Below, piece after piece: positions 19,646 through 30,850 of a stretch of DNA of 64,000 bases. The translations under genes and the position numbers were made by a program. Within the stretch, counting starts at the first letter, position 1; each line of letters opens with the position of its first letter. The stretch is from contig CAJFLB010000002.1 of NCBI GenBank assembly GCA_904387305.1, positions 14,761 through 78,760 on the forward strand, given 5' to 3'. This stretch comes from an uncultured Clostridia bacterium. GTDB lineage: Bacteria; Bacillota; Clostridia; TANB77; CAG-508. The notes beneath the pieces are model-generated. The model saw only the letters and a program-made list of their open reading frames with translations. It was not told where the DNA came from and ran no database searches.

Positions 19646-20368
19646 CTAATAAAGTGGCTCTTTTGAAGGAATTCCAGGCTTTCTAGGATATTTTCCAGGT
19701 GTTTGTCTTTCTTTTTTTATTAAAATTAAATTCCTTCTATTATCACTTTTTGGAAGTGTAAATTCTTCTATCTTATCAATTTTTCCTCCTAATAGTTTTA
19801 TAGAATTTTTACTCTTAGAAATTTCTTCATTAATTTCAGAACCTTTCATACATATTGCCATTCCTTTTAAATCAACCATTGGTAACATATATTCTGACAA
19901 AGTAGTCAAATTTGCCACCGCTCTTGAAGTAGCCACATCAAATGTTTCTCTATATTGTTTATTTTTTGCAAATTCTTCAATTCTAGCATGTATAGCAGTT
20001 ATATTTTTCAATTCTAGTTTTTGTATGACCTCGTTTAAGAAGTGGATTCTTTTATTTAATGAATCTAATAAAGTAATATCTAAATCTTCTCTCATTATTT
20101 TAACAGGAATTCCTGGAAAACCTGCTCCAGTTCCAATGTCAATAACAGATTTGTTTGGCTCAATATATTTTATAATCGTTAAAGAATCAATAAAATGTTT
20201 TAAAATAATTTCTTTAGGTTCAACAATTGCAGTTAAATTTATTTTTTCATTCCATTCAATTAGCAAATTCATATATTGATAAAATTTTTGTAATTGTTCC
20301 TCTGTAAACACAATATTGATTTCTTTTCCATAATCTATCATTAAATCAGAAAATTCTTTTATATCCAT
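19646..20368 (-). CDS. rsmG: 16S rRNA (guanine527-N7)-methyltransferase RsmG (GidB).
   Basis: 240 aa. SAM-binding motif DIGTGAGFPGIP. Classic position after mnmG. Confidence 0.85.
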   Translation of the reverse strand: MDIKEFSDLMIDYGKEINIVFTEEQLQKFYQYMNLLIEWNEKINLTAIVEPKEIILKHFIDSLTIIKYIEPNKSVIDIGTGAGFPGIPVKIMREDLDITLLDSLNKRIHFLNEVIQKLELKNITAIHARIEEFAKNKQYRETFDVATSRAVANLTTLSEYMLPMVDLKGMAICMKGSEINEEISKSKNSIKLLGGKIDKIEEFTLPKSDNRRNLILIKKERQTPGKYPRKPGIPSKEPLY

Positions 20369-20526
20369 TTTTATTTCCTTTCTTTAATAATTTATTTCTA
20401 TTTTACAAAATAGATTTATAAAGTAGAACAAATTATCCAATTTTTATTGTTTTTTAAAATAATTATAAAAAATGGAACGATTTGGCACACCCTATCGTTC
20501 CAAAATGAAACAAAAAGTAAATAAAT

Positions 20527-22413
20527 CTAATTTTTATTATTTCCTTCTTTCAATTGTTGTAAATAAATTAAAAGTACAGATACATCAGCAGGTGAAACGC
20601 CTGATATTCTAGATGCTTGTCCAATAGAATGTGGTTTGAATTTATTTAATTTTTGTCTTCCTTCTAAGCTAATTCCTTTAATTGTTTCATAATCTACATC
20701 ATCTGGTAATATTTTTTCTTCTAATTTTTTGAATTTTTCTACTTGTGCTTCTTGTAATTTAATATAACCTTCATATTTTATTTGAATTTCTACTTCCTCT
20801 TGCTCTTGTTTTGAAAGTTTAGGTCTATTTTCGTCTATTTTACCTAAATTTTGATAATTCAATTCTGGTCTTTTTAATAATTCTGCCATTTTTGTTCCAT
20901 TTGTTAGTGCTGACGTTCCTTGTTCTACTAGAAACTTATTTACTTTTTCTGTTGGTTTTACGACTAAATGTTGTAATCTTTCTTTTTCTTTTTCTATATT
21001 TTCTTTTTTATTCAAAAACTTTTGATATCTTTCATCTGATATTAAGCCAATTTGATGCCCAATTGCCGTCAATCTTAAATCTGCATTATCTTGTCTTAAA
21101 AGTAGTCTATATTCTGCTCTAGATGTCATCATTCTATATGGTTCATTGGTTCCTTTTGTTGCAATATCATCAATTAAAACACCAATATATGCTTGTGATC
21201 TATCTAATATTAATGGTTCTTTTCCTTTTATTTTTTGTACTGCATTAATTCCTGCAATCAATCCTTGTGCTGCAGCTTCTTCATATCCTGAAGTTCCATT
21301 GATTTGCCCAGCCATAAATAATCCATCAATCCCTTTATATTCTAAGGATAATTTTAAGTTTGATGGGTCTATACAATCATATTCTATGGCATAAGCTGGT
21401 CTTGTAAACTCTGCATGTTCTAAACCTGGTATTGTTCTATAAAGAGCAATTTGCACATCCTCTGGAAGTGATGAGCTCATTCCTTGTATATACATTTCTT
21501 CTGTATCTAATCCTACTGGTTCTACAAATGCTTGATGTCTTGGCTTATCACTAAATCTCACCACTTTATCTTCTATTGAAGGACAATATCTAGGTCCTGT
21601 CCCTTCTATCTTCCCTGCATATAATGGTGATCTATGTAAGTTGTTTCTTATAATTTCATGCGTTTTTTCATTCGTATAGGTTAAATAACAATCAACTTGC
21701 TCAAATTCTTTTGGTTCATCTTCAAAAGAAAATGCTTCTATTCCTTGATCTCCTTTTTGGATTTCCATTTTACTAAAGTCTATACTTCTTTTATTAATTC
21801 TAGCTGGTGTTCCTGTTTTAAATCTTACTAAAGGAATTCCTAAGTTTTTTAAGACGTCTGATAATTTATTAGCTGCCGCCACACCATCTGGTCCACTTTC
21901 TTTTGAAAATTCTCCAATAAAAATCTTTCCTTTTAAATATGTACCTGTTGCTAATATGACAGTCTTTACTTGATAAACCGCTCCGACATCTGTTTTGATT
22001 GCTTTTACTTTTCCATCTTCAACAACGATATCTACTATCTCTCCTTGTTTGACTTCTAGGTTTTCTTGTTTTTCTAAAGTATGTTTCATTTCAGCTTGAT
22101 ATTTCTTTCTGTCAGCTTGCGCTCTTAAAGAATGTACTGCTGGTCCTTTTGAAGTATTTAACATTTTAATTTGTATCATGGTTTTATCAATATTTTTTCC
22201 CATCTCTCCACCCAAAGCATCGATTTCTCTTACTAAGTGTCCTTTGGAGCTTCCTCCAATATGTGGATTACATGGCATATTGGCAATCGCTTCTAAGCTA
22301 ATTGAAAAAATTAATGTTTTCATTCCTAATCTTGCTGCTGCAAGTGCTGCTTCACAACCAGCATGTCCTGCACCAACAACAGCTACATCATATTCTCCTG
22401 CATTATATTCCAT
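20527..22413 (-). CDS. mnmG: tRNA uridine 5-carboxymethylaminomethyl modification enzyme MnmG (GidA).
   Basis: FAD motif [16 protein letters not shown]. Start placed at MEYNAGEY, which follows GGAGAG by 7 nt. The 47 codons upstream in the track ORF are rejected as a spurious extension. Confidence 0.9.
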   Translation of the reverse strand: MEYNAGEYDVAVVGAGHAGCEAALAAARLGMKTLIFSISLEAIANMPCNPHIGGSSKGHLVREIDALGGEMGKNIDKTMIQIKMLNTSKGPAVHSLRAQADRKKYQAEMKHTLEKQENLEVKQGEIVDIVVEDGKVKAIKTDVGAVYQVKTVILATGTYLKGKIFIGEFSKESGPDGVAAANKLSDVLKNLGIPLVRFKTGTPARINKRSIDFSKMEIQKGDQGIEAFSFEDEPKEFEQVDCYLTYTNEKTHEIIRNNLHRSPLYAGKIEGTGPRYCPSIEDKVVRFSDKPRHQAFVEPVGLDTEEMYIQGMSSSLPEDVQIALYRTIPGLEHAEFTRPAYAIEYDCIDPSNLKLSLEYKGIDGLFMAGQINGTSGYEEAAAQGLIAGINAVQKIKGKEPLILDRSQAYIGVLIDDIATKGTNEPYRMMTSRAEYRLLLRQDNADLRLTAIGHQIGLISDERYQKFLNKKENIEKEKERLQHLVVKPTEKVNKFLVEQGTSALTNGTKMAELLKRPELNYQNLGKIDENRPKLSKQEQEEVEIQIKYEGYIKLQEAQVEKFKKLEEKILPDDVDYETIKGISLEGRQKLNKFKPHSIGQASRISGVSPADVSVLLIYLQQLKEGNNKN

Positions 22414-22906
22414 TTTTTCTCTCCTTTTTTCATTCCGTGTGAAACAGAAAGTTTTGTTTTGTTCTTTTTTTGTTTTTATTTTTACTTTTTGGTAAACCCA
22501 TTTTAGGGATACTGCCTTTTTATCAATCATTTGTTTTGCGAACACGGTATACATAACCTTTGTTTTTTATGTATCAGTTTGCTAAAGTTCGCTATTTTCC
22601 TACTGTTGCTCGATTTTTGTTCGCCCCTTGTTTACATTGATTAATAGGTAAATTTTTTAAACTTTTTTGTTCTTTTTTTACTTTTTTATTTTCATTATTA
22701 CTATTTTTTTTATATTTCTTGCACATTTTTATCTTTTGCTTTATATATTTTTAGTATTTTATATTTTTATTTTACATATATTTTTATCCACTGCTTTTAT
22801 TTGCCTTTAAAATCCATTTTAATCACTTTTTTGTGTTTTGGTATAAAATTATACTTCTTTTGTTTCTTTTTTTCTTATTTTTTATTTTCGTTTGTCACTG
22901 ATAAGA

Positions 22907-24278
22907 TTATTTTCCTAAACAGAACTTTGAAAAAATTTCATTAATAATATCTTCTGTTACAAATTCTCCTGTAATATTTCCTAAATCTTCTAAAATCTCT
23001 TTTATATAAACAGCAATAATATCAATTGGCATCTTTTCTTGTATTGTTTCTTTTGTCTTTTTTATACTTTCGACTGCTTGATGAATTAGATTTTTATGTC
23101 TGATATTGGTAATCACTAAGTCATTATCTAAATTAATTTCATTTATTTCAAATAATTTTGTAATTTCTGCATATACATCATCAATACCAATATTATTTAG
23201 TGCAGATATTTCTATAATGCTATCTGTTACTTCTCTAAATTCTTTATCTTCTTTGTGTAATTTCTGCTGTAAATCTATTTTATTTAATAAAATAATGACC
23301 TTTTTCCCTTTTATAATTTCTAAAATCTCTTTATCTTCTTTTGATAAATCTTTAGAAGCATCAAAAATAGCAATAATTAGATCTGCATTTTTAGCAATCT
23401 CTTTTGATTTATGGATTCCTATCTTTTCTACCTCATCTTTTGCATTTCGAATTCCTGCTGTATCAATTAATTTTAAAGGAATTCCATTAATATTTACATA
23501 TTCTTCTATTGTATCTCTTGTTGTTCCTTCAAATTCAGTTACAATTGCCCTATCTTCTTTTAAGATTCTGTTTAATAAAGAGGATTTTCCTGCATTTGGT
23601 TTCCCTATAATAGCCGTTTTTATTCCTTCTTTTAATATTTTCCCATTATCAAAACTTTTTTCTAGCTTATTTAACTTAATTTCTACACTATTGAGCATAT
23701 TCATGATTTCGTTGTTCGTAACTTCTTCTACATCATATTCTGGATAATCAATTGCAACCTCTATGTTTACCATGACATCTAAAATTTCTTGTTTAATTGC
23801 AGAAATTTCTTTAGATAAGCCACCTTCTAATTGCTTTATACCAGCTTGTACTTCTTTCTCACTTTTAGCATTAATGACATCAATAACAGATTCTGCCTGT
23901 GTTAAATCAATACGACCATTTAAAAATGCTCTTTTCGTAAATTCCCCTGGTTCCGCTAATTCTGCCCCATTTTTCAAGCATAATTCTAAGATTTTTTTCA
24001 TGACAATATTTCCACCATGTGAATTGATTTCACACATATTCTCTGTTGTATAGCTCATTGGCTCTTTAAAATAAGAAACCAAAACTTCATCAATTATTTT
24101 TTCGTTTTCCACAATATACCCATATTTCATGGTATATCCTTTTATGTTTTCTATGTTCTCTTGCTTCTTTGGATTGAATATTTTTTCTAATATTTCAAAG
24201 CAATTTTTTCCACTCATTCTAATAATACCGATTCCCCCAATCCCGAGGAGCCGTAGATATGGAAGCGATTGTACTCAT
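22907..24278 (-). CDS. mnmE: tRNA modification GTPase MnmE (TrmE). N-terminal ~11 codons are out of frame with the body: apparent +1 frameshift near 24245.
   Basis: Body encodes the G-domain GKPNAGKSSLLN and the C-terminal CxGK. ATG at 24278 follows a strong GAGGTGA SD and encodes MSTIASISTAP. The expected continuation GIGGIGIIRMSGK is in the adjacent frame. Confidence 0.75.
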
Positions 24279-24441
24279 GAAATTCACCTCTCTTTTTTTG
24301 TCAATAATGATTATATCACATTATGTCAATTTTTAAAATAGTTATTAAAAATTTATCTGTTTTTGTCTAAAAAAATAAAAAATGAGGTCATAGGCAATTT
24401 ATACTATTTCCGTATAAAATTTGACCTTTGACCTCAAATTT

Positions 24442-25140
24442 TTATTTTGTTTTCTTTAAAGAAATCACAATTCTTCTATTAGGTTCTTCTCCTATGCTTT
24501 CTGTTTGTACTTTATCATTTTGTTGTAATTTACTATGAATAATTTTTCTTTCATATGCTTGCATAGGCTCTAATTTAACAGGTTTTCTTGTTTTTATAAC
24601 TGTCTTTGCTACCTTTTCTGCAAGTTCTTCTAATGTTTTTTCTCTTTTTGCTTTATATCCTTCAATATCTAAAATAACTCTAACTTTTTTATCTATTTCT
24701 TTACCTGCAATCGCTGATAATATGCTCTGGAAAGCATATAATGTCTCTCCCCTATATCCGATTAAAAAACCTAAGTTTTCATTTGATATTTCAACATTTA
24801 AGCCTGTTTTATCTTTATGAATTGCATAAGTTGTATTTTCTGGTAATTCTTTTTTTATTTCTTCCATAAAAGCCTTTACATTTTCTTCCGCTTTTTCTTG
24901 TTCTTCTTCTGATAATTCGATGATTTTTTTAGCTTTTACTTCTTTCTTTTCTGTTTTTTCTTCTTTTAATGTCATTTCTACTTTAACAACTCTTGGTGCT
25001 AAAATACTAAAAAAGCTTCTTTTTTCTTCATTTTCTAATACTTTTATATCTACTTTATCTTTTGAAACTCTTAATTGTTTTAAACCATTCTCTATTGCTT
25101 CATTTGTCGTTCTTCCTTCTGCAATAATTGTTTTATCCAT
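24442..25140 (-). CDS. jag: Jag/KhpB RNA-binding protein (Jag_N, KH, R3H).
   Basis: 232 aa. KH-like GxxG. C-terminal R3H-like segment. Conserved position after yidC. Confidence 0.8.
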   Translation of the reverse strand: MDKTIIAEGRTTNEAIENGLKQLRVSKDKVDIKVLENEEKRSFFSILAPRVVKVEMTLKEEKTEKKEVKAKKIIELSEEEQEKAEENVKAFMEEIKKELPENTTYAIHKDKTGLNVEISNENLGFLIGYRGETLYAFQSILSAIAGKEIDKKVRVILDIEGYKAKREKTLEELAEKVAKTVIKTRKPVKLEPMQAYERKIIHSKLQQNDKVQTESIGEEPNRRIVISLKKTK

Positions 25141-26062
25141 CTTGTTCTTCCTCCTCAGTTTTTATTACTTTATTTAAAATCAATCTTTCCATAATCATCA
25201 ATATATTATTTGTTAACCAATATAACGCTAATCCTAATGGTGCAATCATTGCAACTGATACAGACATTAATGGCATAAACCATGACATCATTTTATTTGT
25301 TTGCATGATAGCATCCATTTCATCTTTTTCTTCTGGAACTAGCTCTTTTCCTGTTGTTCCGTCTATTGGAACACTTTCTTTTGCGTTCTTTTGATTCTTT
25401 TGTTGCATTGATGTTGATAATTTTATTGATATAAAAGAAGAAACGATATACAATACTGGGATAATATATACTGTGAAATCTGTTAAATTTTGTTGTGGTA
25501 CTTTACTTAAGTCTAATCCTAAGAAATTCATTTCTAGATTTGCTCTATCAATATATTCATCATCTGGATTTTGTTCTTTTAAAAATTCATATTCTCTAAT
25601 AATATCAATTTCTGGATAAGCTGTGCTTACGGATTTGCCACTTTCCTGCAATTGTGTAATATATTTATTCATATTCTCTTCTGGTATATTTTGCATATAG
25701 GTTAATGGTGATCTTACTAAATAAAAGATTGAGAATAAAAGAATAATTTGTATAATTGCTGTTAAGCAACCGCTAAAAGGGCTCATCTTTTCTGTTTTAT
25801 ATAATTCCATCATTTCTTGGTTCATTTTTTCAGGATTATTTTTATATTTAAATTGAATAATTTTCATTTTTTCCTGAATTTTAGCTGTTTTTTTCATTGT
25901 CCTCTGTTGTTTGACCGAAAATGGAATAAATAAAATCTTGATAAAAATGGTAAAAATAATAATGGCCAGTCCATAATTATTTATAAATCCATATATAAAA
26001 GCTAATAAATAGCCAAAAATATTTGCAAAAAATTGAAACATTCTGCTTCCTCCTAGATTCAC
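25133..26062 (-). CDS. yidC: Membrane protein insertase YidC/OxaA (short Gram-positive type).
   Basis: 309 aa. Multiple TM helices. Conserved operon position after yidD. The true start may be the internal MFQFF. Confidence 0.8.
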   Translation of the reverse strand: MNLGGSRMFQFFANIFGYLLAFIYGFINNYGLAIIIFTIFIKILFIPFSVKQQRTMKKTAKIQEKMKIIQFKYKNNPEKMNQEMMELYKTEKMSPFSGCLTAIIQIILLFSIFYLVRSPLTYMQNIPEENMNKYITQLQESGKSVSTAYPEIDIIREYEFLKEQNPDDEYIDRANLEMNFLGLDLSKVPQQNLTDFTVYIIPVLYIVSSFISIKLSTSMQQKNQKNAKESVPIDGTTGKELVPEEKDEMDAIMQTNKMMSWFMPLMSVSVAMIAPLGLALYWLTNNILMIMERLILNKVIKTEEEEQDG

Positions 26063-26277
26063 TTTAATGGATCATATCCACCTTTTGAGAAAGGATTACA
26101 CTTTAGAATCCTTTTTACTGCTAGAAAGCCACCTTTTATTGTGCCATATTTTTCTATTGCTTGTTTTGCATATTCTGAACACGTAGGATAATATTTGCAT
26201 CTAATGTTTTTTTGTTCTAACCAACTGGAAATATGTTTTTGATAAAAATTGATTAAAAAAATGAGTATTTTTTTCAT
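26059..26277 (-). CDS. yidD: Membrane protein insertion efficiency factor YidD.
   Basis: 72 aa. [11 protein letters not shown] motif. Confidence 0.8.
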   Translation of the reverse strand: MKKILIFLINFYQKHISSWLEQKNIRCKYYPTCSEYAKQAIEKYGTIKGGFLAVKRILKCNPFSKGGYDPLK

Positions 26278-26278
26278 A

Positions 26279-26626
26279 TTATTCCTCTAAAAACAATCTA
26301 GCATCTTTAAATACTTTTTGGATATCTTTTTTTACATAATCATAGCAAGCTTGTCCTATTTCTTGTTGTTTTTTCCAAATAAAAACGATATCATATCCTG
26401 TTTTTGTGTGTTCTTCTATTTGCTTATAATTTTCTCTTATAATTCTTTTCACATAGTTTCTTTTTACTGCTTTTCCTAACTTAGAACTTACGGCAATTCC
26501 TAAAAAATTAATATTCTTATTATTTTTTTTAATGAAAATTGCAATATATTTTCCAGAATAATATTTTCCTCTGTTTAAAACATTTTTGAATTCATAATTT
26601 TTCTTCAACATTTTTGTTTTTTTCAT
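26279..26626 (-). CDS. rnpA: Ribonuclease P protein component RnpA.
   Basis: Basic ~115-aa protein (start chosen at [13 protein letters not shown]). KNxxxR/AVxRNxxKR motif. Sits between rpmH and yidD. Confidence 0.8.
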   Translation of the reverse strand: MKKTKMLKKNYEFKNVLNRGKYYSGKYIAIFIKKNNKNINFLGIAVSSKLGKAVKRNYVKRIIRENYKQIEEHTKTGYDIVFIWKKQQEIGQACYDYVKKDIQKVFKDARLFLEE

Positions 26627-26741
26627 TTTTAGTCCTTTCCCTAAAGAAAAGCAAAGATTATATAAAAAGATAATCTGATTTATTTTTAAAAGGCTCGCTT
26701 TTGCGGCCTTTTTCAATAAATTATAATTTTAATATATTAAA

Positions 26742-26876
26742 TTAAGCACTCAATTTTTTTCTACCTTTTGCTCTTCTTGCTTTTAATATATTTTGTCCAG
26801 ATCTTGTTTTCATTCTTTTCATAAATCCGTGTTCTTTCTTTTCTTGTCTATTTTTTGGTTGATAAGTTCTTTTCAT
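26742..26876 (-). CDS. rpmH: 50S ribosomal protein L34.
   Basis: Translation [53 protein letters not shown]. Confidence 0.85.
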   Translation of the reverse strand: MKRTYQPKNRQEKKEHGFMKRMKTRSGQNILKARRAKGRKKLSA

Positions 26877-27059
26877 CTATTCGCACCTCCTATTGTTTTG
26901 TATATATAAATTCCATAATTGGAAAATATTTGCTAAATTTTAAATAAGCATATCGATTATACATTAAAACAAATGCAGTTGTCAAGAGTATTTCCATTTT
27001 TTTATTATTTTACGTATTTGTTTAAAAATTTTGTCTTTTTTTGTAATATTTTTGTAAAA

Positions 27060-27290
27060 AAGCCTTAGTTTTCCACAGTTTTTTATCTTGTTTTCCACAA
27101 TAAAAAAATTTTTTCCACAATTGTATTGACTTATTTTATATAATTTTGTTATGATATGAAAAGCATAAAAAATATTCATTTTTTGTTGAAAATACTTAAA
27201 TTTTTGTTCGCATAAAAAACGAATTTCATTACAGAATTATTACAATATTATCAACATTTGTGGATAACTTTGTGGATAACTTTTAAAGAA
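27060..27290. promoter_or_regulatory. oriC upstream element: DnaA-box cluster and dnaA promoter region.
   Basis: TTTTCCACA at 27069, 27091 and 27111. Perfect TGTGGATAA (= TTATCCACA) at 27259 and 27271. Gene strand bias flips here. Confidence 0.65.
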
Positions 27291-27301
27291 GGGATGATGA
27301 A

Positions 27302-28654
27302 ATGGCAATCGATAAAGAAGAATTAGTTGCAAAAATAAAAGAACTATTAAAACCAGAAGTAACAAAAATATCTTATGATACTTGGATTTTGCCTCTAGAT
27401 ATAAGAAGTATTGATGGTGATAATATTGTTTTTACAACAATTTCAGAGTTTCAAAAAGATTTTATAGAAAACAAATATAGGAGCTTGATTTTTAATACTT
27501 TACGATACATAACCAACAAGGATTGGACTTTTTCTGTTATTGATTTATCAAAAGAAGAGCAAAATGATGAAATAGTCATTAAAGATAATTCTAATACAAA
27601 TTCACCAGAAGAAGTAGAAATAAACAAATCAACTTTAAATCCAAAATACACATTTGAAACATTTGTTGTAGGAAATAGTAACCGTTTTGCTCATGCAGCA
27701 GCTCTAGCAGTAGGGAATGAGCCTGGAAAAGCTTATAATCCATTATTCTTATATGGTGGTGTTGGATTAGGAAAAACACATTTAATGCATGCAATTGGAA
27801 ATCGAATTTTACAGAATAATAATAAAATGAATGTATTATATGTTACTTCAGAGAAATTTACGAATCAATTAGTAAATGCCATAAAAGATAATAAAAATGA
27901 GGTTTTTAGAAATAAATATAGAAGTATTGATGTATTGTTAATAGATGATATTCAATTTATAGCTGGAAAAGAACGTATTCAAGAAGAGTTTTTCCACACT
28001 TTCAACTCGTTATATGAAGATGGAAGACAAATCATCATATCTAGTGATAAACCACCTAGAGATATTCAATTTCTAGAAGATAGATTAAAATCCAGATTTG
28101 AATGGGGACTTCTTGCTGATATTTCTTGCCCTGATTATGAAACACGTTTAGCTATCTTAAGAAAAAAAGCACAAGATGAAAATATTTTAATTGACGATTT
28201 TATCTTATCTGATATAGCAAATAAAATTGATTCAAATATTAGGGAATTGGAAGGTGTGTTTAATAAAATCGTTGCAAGAGCTTCTTTAATTCATAGTCCA
28301 ATTACTATTGAACTTGCAGAAAATATTATTAATGAATTTAAATATGAAAGTGAAAAAGTTATTTCTTGCGATTTTATAAAAGAAACCGTCGCAAAATATT
28401 TTAGCATTAATAAAGATGATTTATCAGGAAATAAGCGTTCAAATGATATTGCTTTTCCAAGGCAAATTGCTATGTATCTATGTAGAGAAATTGCGAATAT
28501 GTCTTTTCCTCAGATAGGAGTAGACTTTGGAGGCAGAGATCATTCTACAGTTATGCATGCTTGTAAAAAAATAGAAAAAGAAGTAAAAGAAAAAAATAAT
28601 ACTAAGTTAATTGTGGATAGTGTGAAAAATATAATTATAAATGGAAAACAATAA
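27302..28654 (+). CDS. dnaA: Chromosomal replication initiator DnaA.
   Basis: 450 aa. AAA+ Walker A GGVGLGKTHL. C-terminal DNA-binding domain. Confidence 0.95.
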   Translation: MAIDKEELVAKIKELLKPEVTKISYDTWILPLDIRSIDGDNIVFTTISEFQKDFIENKYRSLIFNTLRYITNKDWTFSVIDLSKEEQNDEIVIKDNSNTNSPEEVEINKSTLNPKYTFETFVVGNSNRFAHAAALAVGNEPGKAYNPLFLYGGVGLGKTHLMHAIGNRILQNNNKMNVLYVTSEKFTNQLVNAIKDNKNEVFRNKYRSIDVLLIDDIQFIAGKERIQEEFFHTFNSLYEDGRQIIISSDKPPRDIQFLEDRLKSRFEWGLLADISCPDYETRLAILRKKAQDENILIDDFILSDIANKIDSNIRELEGVFNKIVARASLIHSPITIELAENIINEFKYESEKVISCDFIKETVAKYFSINKDDLSGNKRSNDIAFPRQIAMYLCREIANMSFPQIGVDFGGRDHSTVMHACKKIEKEVKEKNNTKLIVDSVKNIIINGKQ

Positions 28655-28976
28655 GAAATTTGCACTTAAAAAATACATTTTTGAAATTTGTGTTTGATGA
28701 AAAATTTGTTCTTAAAAAGATATTCTTTCTATTCTTACGGAATAGCTAAAAAGAATATCCACAGCTTCATGTTAATAAGCTGTTAAAAATTTGTTTATAA
28801 CTAACTTTTACACAATTATAACAAAACGATGTGGATTATTTTTTAAGTTTTCCACTAAATTATAAACAGTAATTTTACTAGGGATTGTAACTATCAACAT
28901 AGTTTTCCACAGTTTCCACAATGCCTAATACTATTACTACTAAAAATATTATATATATTTATAAGGAGGAATCGCC
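28655..28976. promoter_or_regulatory. dnaA-dnaN intergenic origin element with DnaA boxes and an AT-rich stretch.
   Basis: ATATCCACA at 28753. TGTGGATTA at 28830. TTTTCCACA at 28904 and GTTTCCACA at 28912. Then an AT-rich run before the dnaN RBS. Confidence 0.55.
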
Positions 28977-30095
28977 ATGAAGATTGTTTGTTATAAAGAC
29001 AAACTTATGAAAGCATTGAATTCCGTAGTAAAAGGTGTAGCTTCTAAAACAACAATGCCTATACTAGAAGGAATTTTAATTCAAACAAATGATAATGAAA
29101 TAAAGTTAACAACCTATGATTTAGAAATAGGTATAGAATATGTAATGGAATGTGATGTATTAGAACAAGGAAGTACAGTAGTAAATGCTATAATGTTTAG
29201 TGAAATTATTAGAAAATTACCAGATACAGAAATAAAAATATCTCTAAACGCAAATAACTTATTGGAAATTGAATGTGAAGGTTCTTTATATAAGTTAGCT
29301 ACAATGAATCCTGAAGAATTTCCAGAATTACCAAAGATAGAAGTAGAAAATTCTATTGAAATTGATCAAAATGTATTAAAAAATATGATAAGAAGAACAA
29401 TTTTTGCAGCAAGTACTGAAGAAAGTAGACCAATTTTTACAGGTTGCTTATTTGAAATTGAGAACAATAAATTAAGTTTAGTAGCTGTAGATGGTTTTAG
29501 ATTAGCATTAAGAAAAGTATTTTTAACGAAGCAAAGTAATGATTTCAGTGCTGTTATTCCAGGAAAAACATTAATAGAATTAAATAAAATTATAACAGAT
29601 TCATTTGAACCAATAAAAATAGGAGTTTCTAAGAATCAAGCATTATTTGAAATGGATAATTGTAAGATCGTTACAAGAATTTTAGATGGTGAATTTTTAA
29701 ACTATAAAAATGTTATTCCTAATACTTGGGAAACAAGAATAAAAGTAAATAAAAGTAATATACAAGATAGTTTTGAAAGAATTAGTTTAATTTCTTCATC
29801 TTCAGTAGAAAAAGAGAAGAAATATCCTGTAAAAGTACAGGTAGATATAGGAAAAGTAACAATTTTATGTACTAACCAAACAGGAGATGCAAAAGAGGAA
29901 TTATATGTTTCAACAGAAGGAAAGAACTTAGAAGTAGGCTTTAATCCGAAATATTTTCTAGATAGTTTAAAAGCAATTGATGATGAAGAAGTATATATAG
30001 AATTTGGAAGCAGTATATCTCCATGTTTAATAAAATCAGTGGAAAATAATGATTATGTATATATGATTTTACCAATTAGATTAAAAGAAGATTAA
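28977..30095 (+). CDS. dnaN: DNA polymerase III beta sliding clamp.
   Basis: 372 aa. Three-domain beta clamp. Conserved position. Confidence 0.95.
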   Translation: MKIVCYKDKLMKALNSVVKGVASKTTMPILEGILIQTNDNEIKLTTYDLEIGIEYVMECDVLEQGSTVVNAIMFSEIIRKLPDTEIKISLNANNLLEIECEGSLYKLATMNPEEFPELPKIEVENSIEIDQNVLKNMIRRTIFAASTEESRPIFTGCLFEIENNKLSLVAVDGFRLALRKVFLTKQSNDFSAVIPGKTLIELNKIITDSFEPIKIGVSKNQALFEMDNCKIVTRILDGEFLNYKNVIPNTWETRIKVNKSNIQDSFERISLISSSSVEKEKKYPVKVQVDIGKVTILCTNQTGDAKEELYVSTEGKNLEVGFNPKYFLDSLKAIDDEEVYIEFGSSISPCLIKSVENNDYVYMILPIRLKED

Positions 30096-30126
30096 AGGTG
30101 GAAGTATTTCTACCTTTAATATTTTT

Positions 30127-30165
30127 TATACTTATCCACTTTTTATGAAAAGATTGTGGATAATG
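30127..30165. promoter_or_regulatory. Inverted pair of DnaA boxes immediately downstream of dnaN.
   Basis: TTATCCACT at 30132. Perfect TGTGGATAA at 30155. Confidence 0.4.
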
Positions 30166-30169
30166 TTTA

Positions 30170-30850
30170 TGCAAAATAATAAATAAATTTTTAAAATAAA
30201 TCAAAACGATATAAAAATCAAATTTAAATAAAATAGAAAAAAATAGTAAAAAAAAGAATAAAATAGTAAAAAAAAGATAATGAAAGATTTTAAATAAAAT
30301 AGAAAAAAAGAAAAAAACAAAAAGATGAAAAAAATAGAATAAATTAGAAAAAAAAAGATAAAAAAAGAAAAATAGAGAAAGAATAAATAAAAAGTTTTTT
30401 CAAAAAATAGATAAAATATTAAAATTTTAAAATTAAAAATATAAAATAATTAATAAAAAAATTAATAATAAAATAAATTAATAAATATAAAATAATTATT
30501 TATTAATAAAAAATAATTAAAAAAATAAATAATAAAAATATATTTATAATAAATATAAATAAAAAATTAGAAAAAATAACAAAAAAATAAAACATGAAAA
30601 TCAAAAATAAGCCGATTTTATTTTTTAATAATATAATTTTATATCTAAAATAATTATAAAAATAAAAAAGAAAATAAAAAATGCAAAAAAAATGAAGCGT
30701 GAAAATCAAAAATAAGCCATTTTTATTTTTTAGTAATATAATTTTATATTAAAAAATAGAAAGAAAAAATAAAAAAATAGTAAAAAAAAAGATAAAAATA
30801 TAAATAAAAAGAAAATAAAAGAAATAAAAAACAAAAAAAGTTATACACAA
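30170..30850. repeat. About 680 bp of >90% A+T, A-skewed low-complexity spacer between dnaN and recF. Contains two copies of a ~60-bp repeat.
   Basis: No ORF on the plus strand. CATGAAAATCAAAAATAAGCCGATTTTATTTTTTAATAATATAATTTTATAT at 30594..30650. GCGTGAAAATCAAAAATAAGCCATTTTTATTTTTTAGTAATATAATTTTATAT at 30697..30755. Confidence 0.8.

Noticed and set aside
22414-22554. 47-codon N-terminal extension of mnmG in the ORF track.
   Set aside because: The conserved FAD-binding start [19 protein letters not shown] follows a GGAGAG SD at 22413. The extension is Lys-rich and not conserved-looking.
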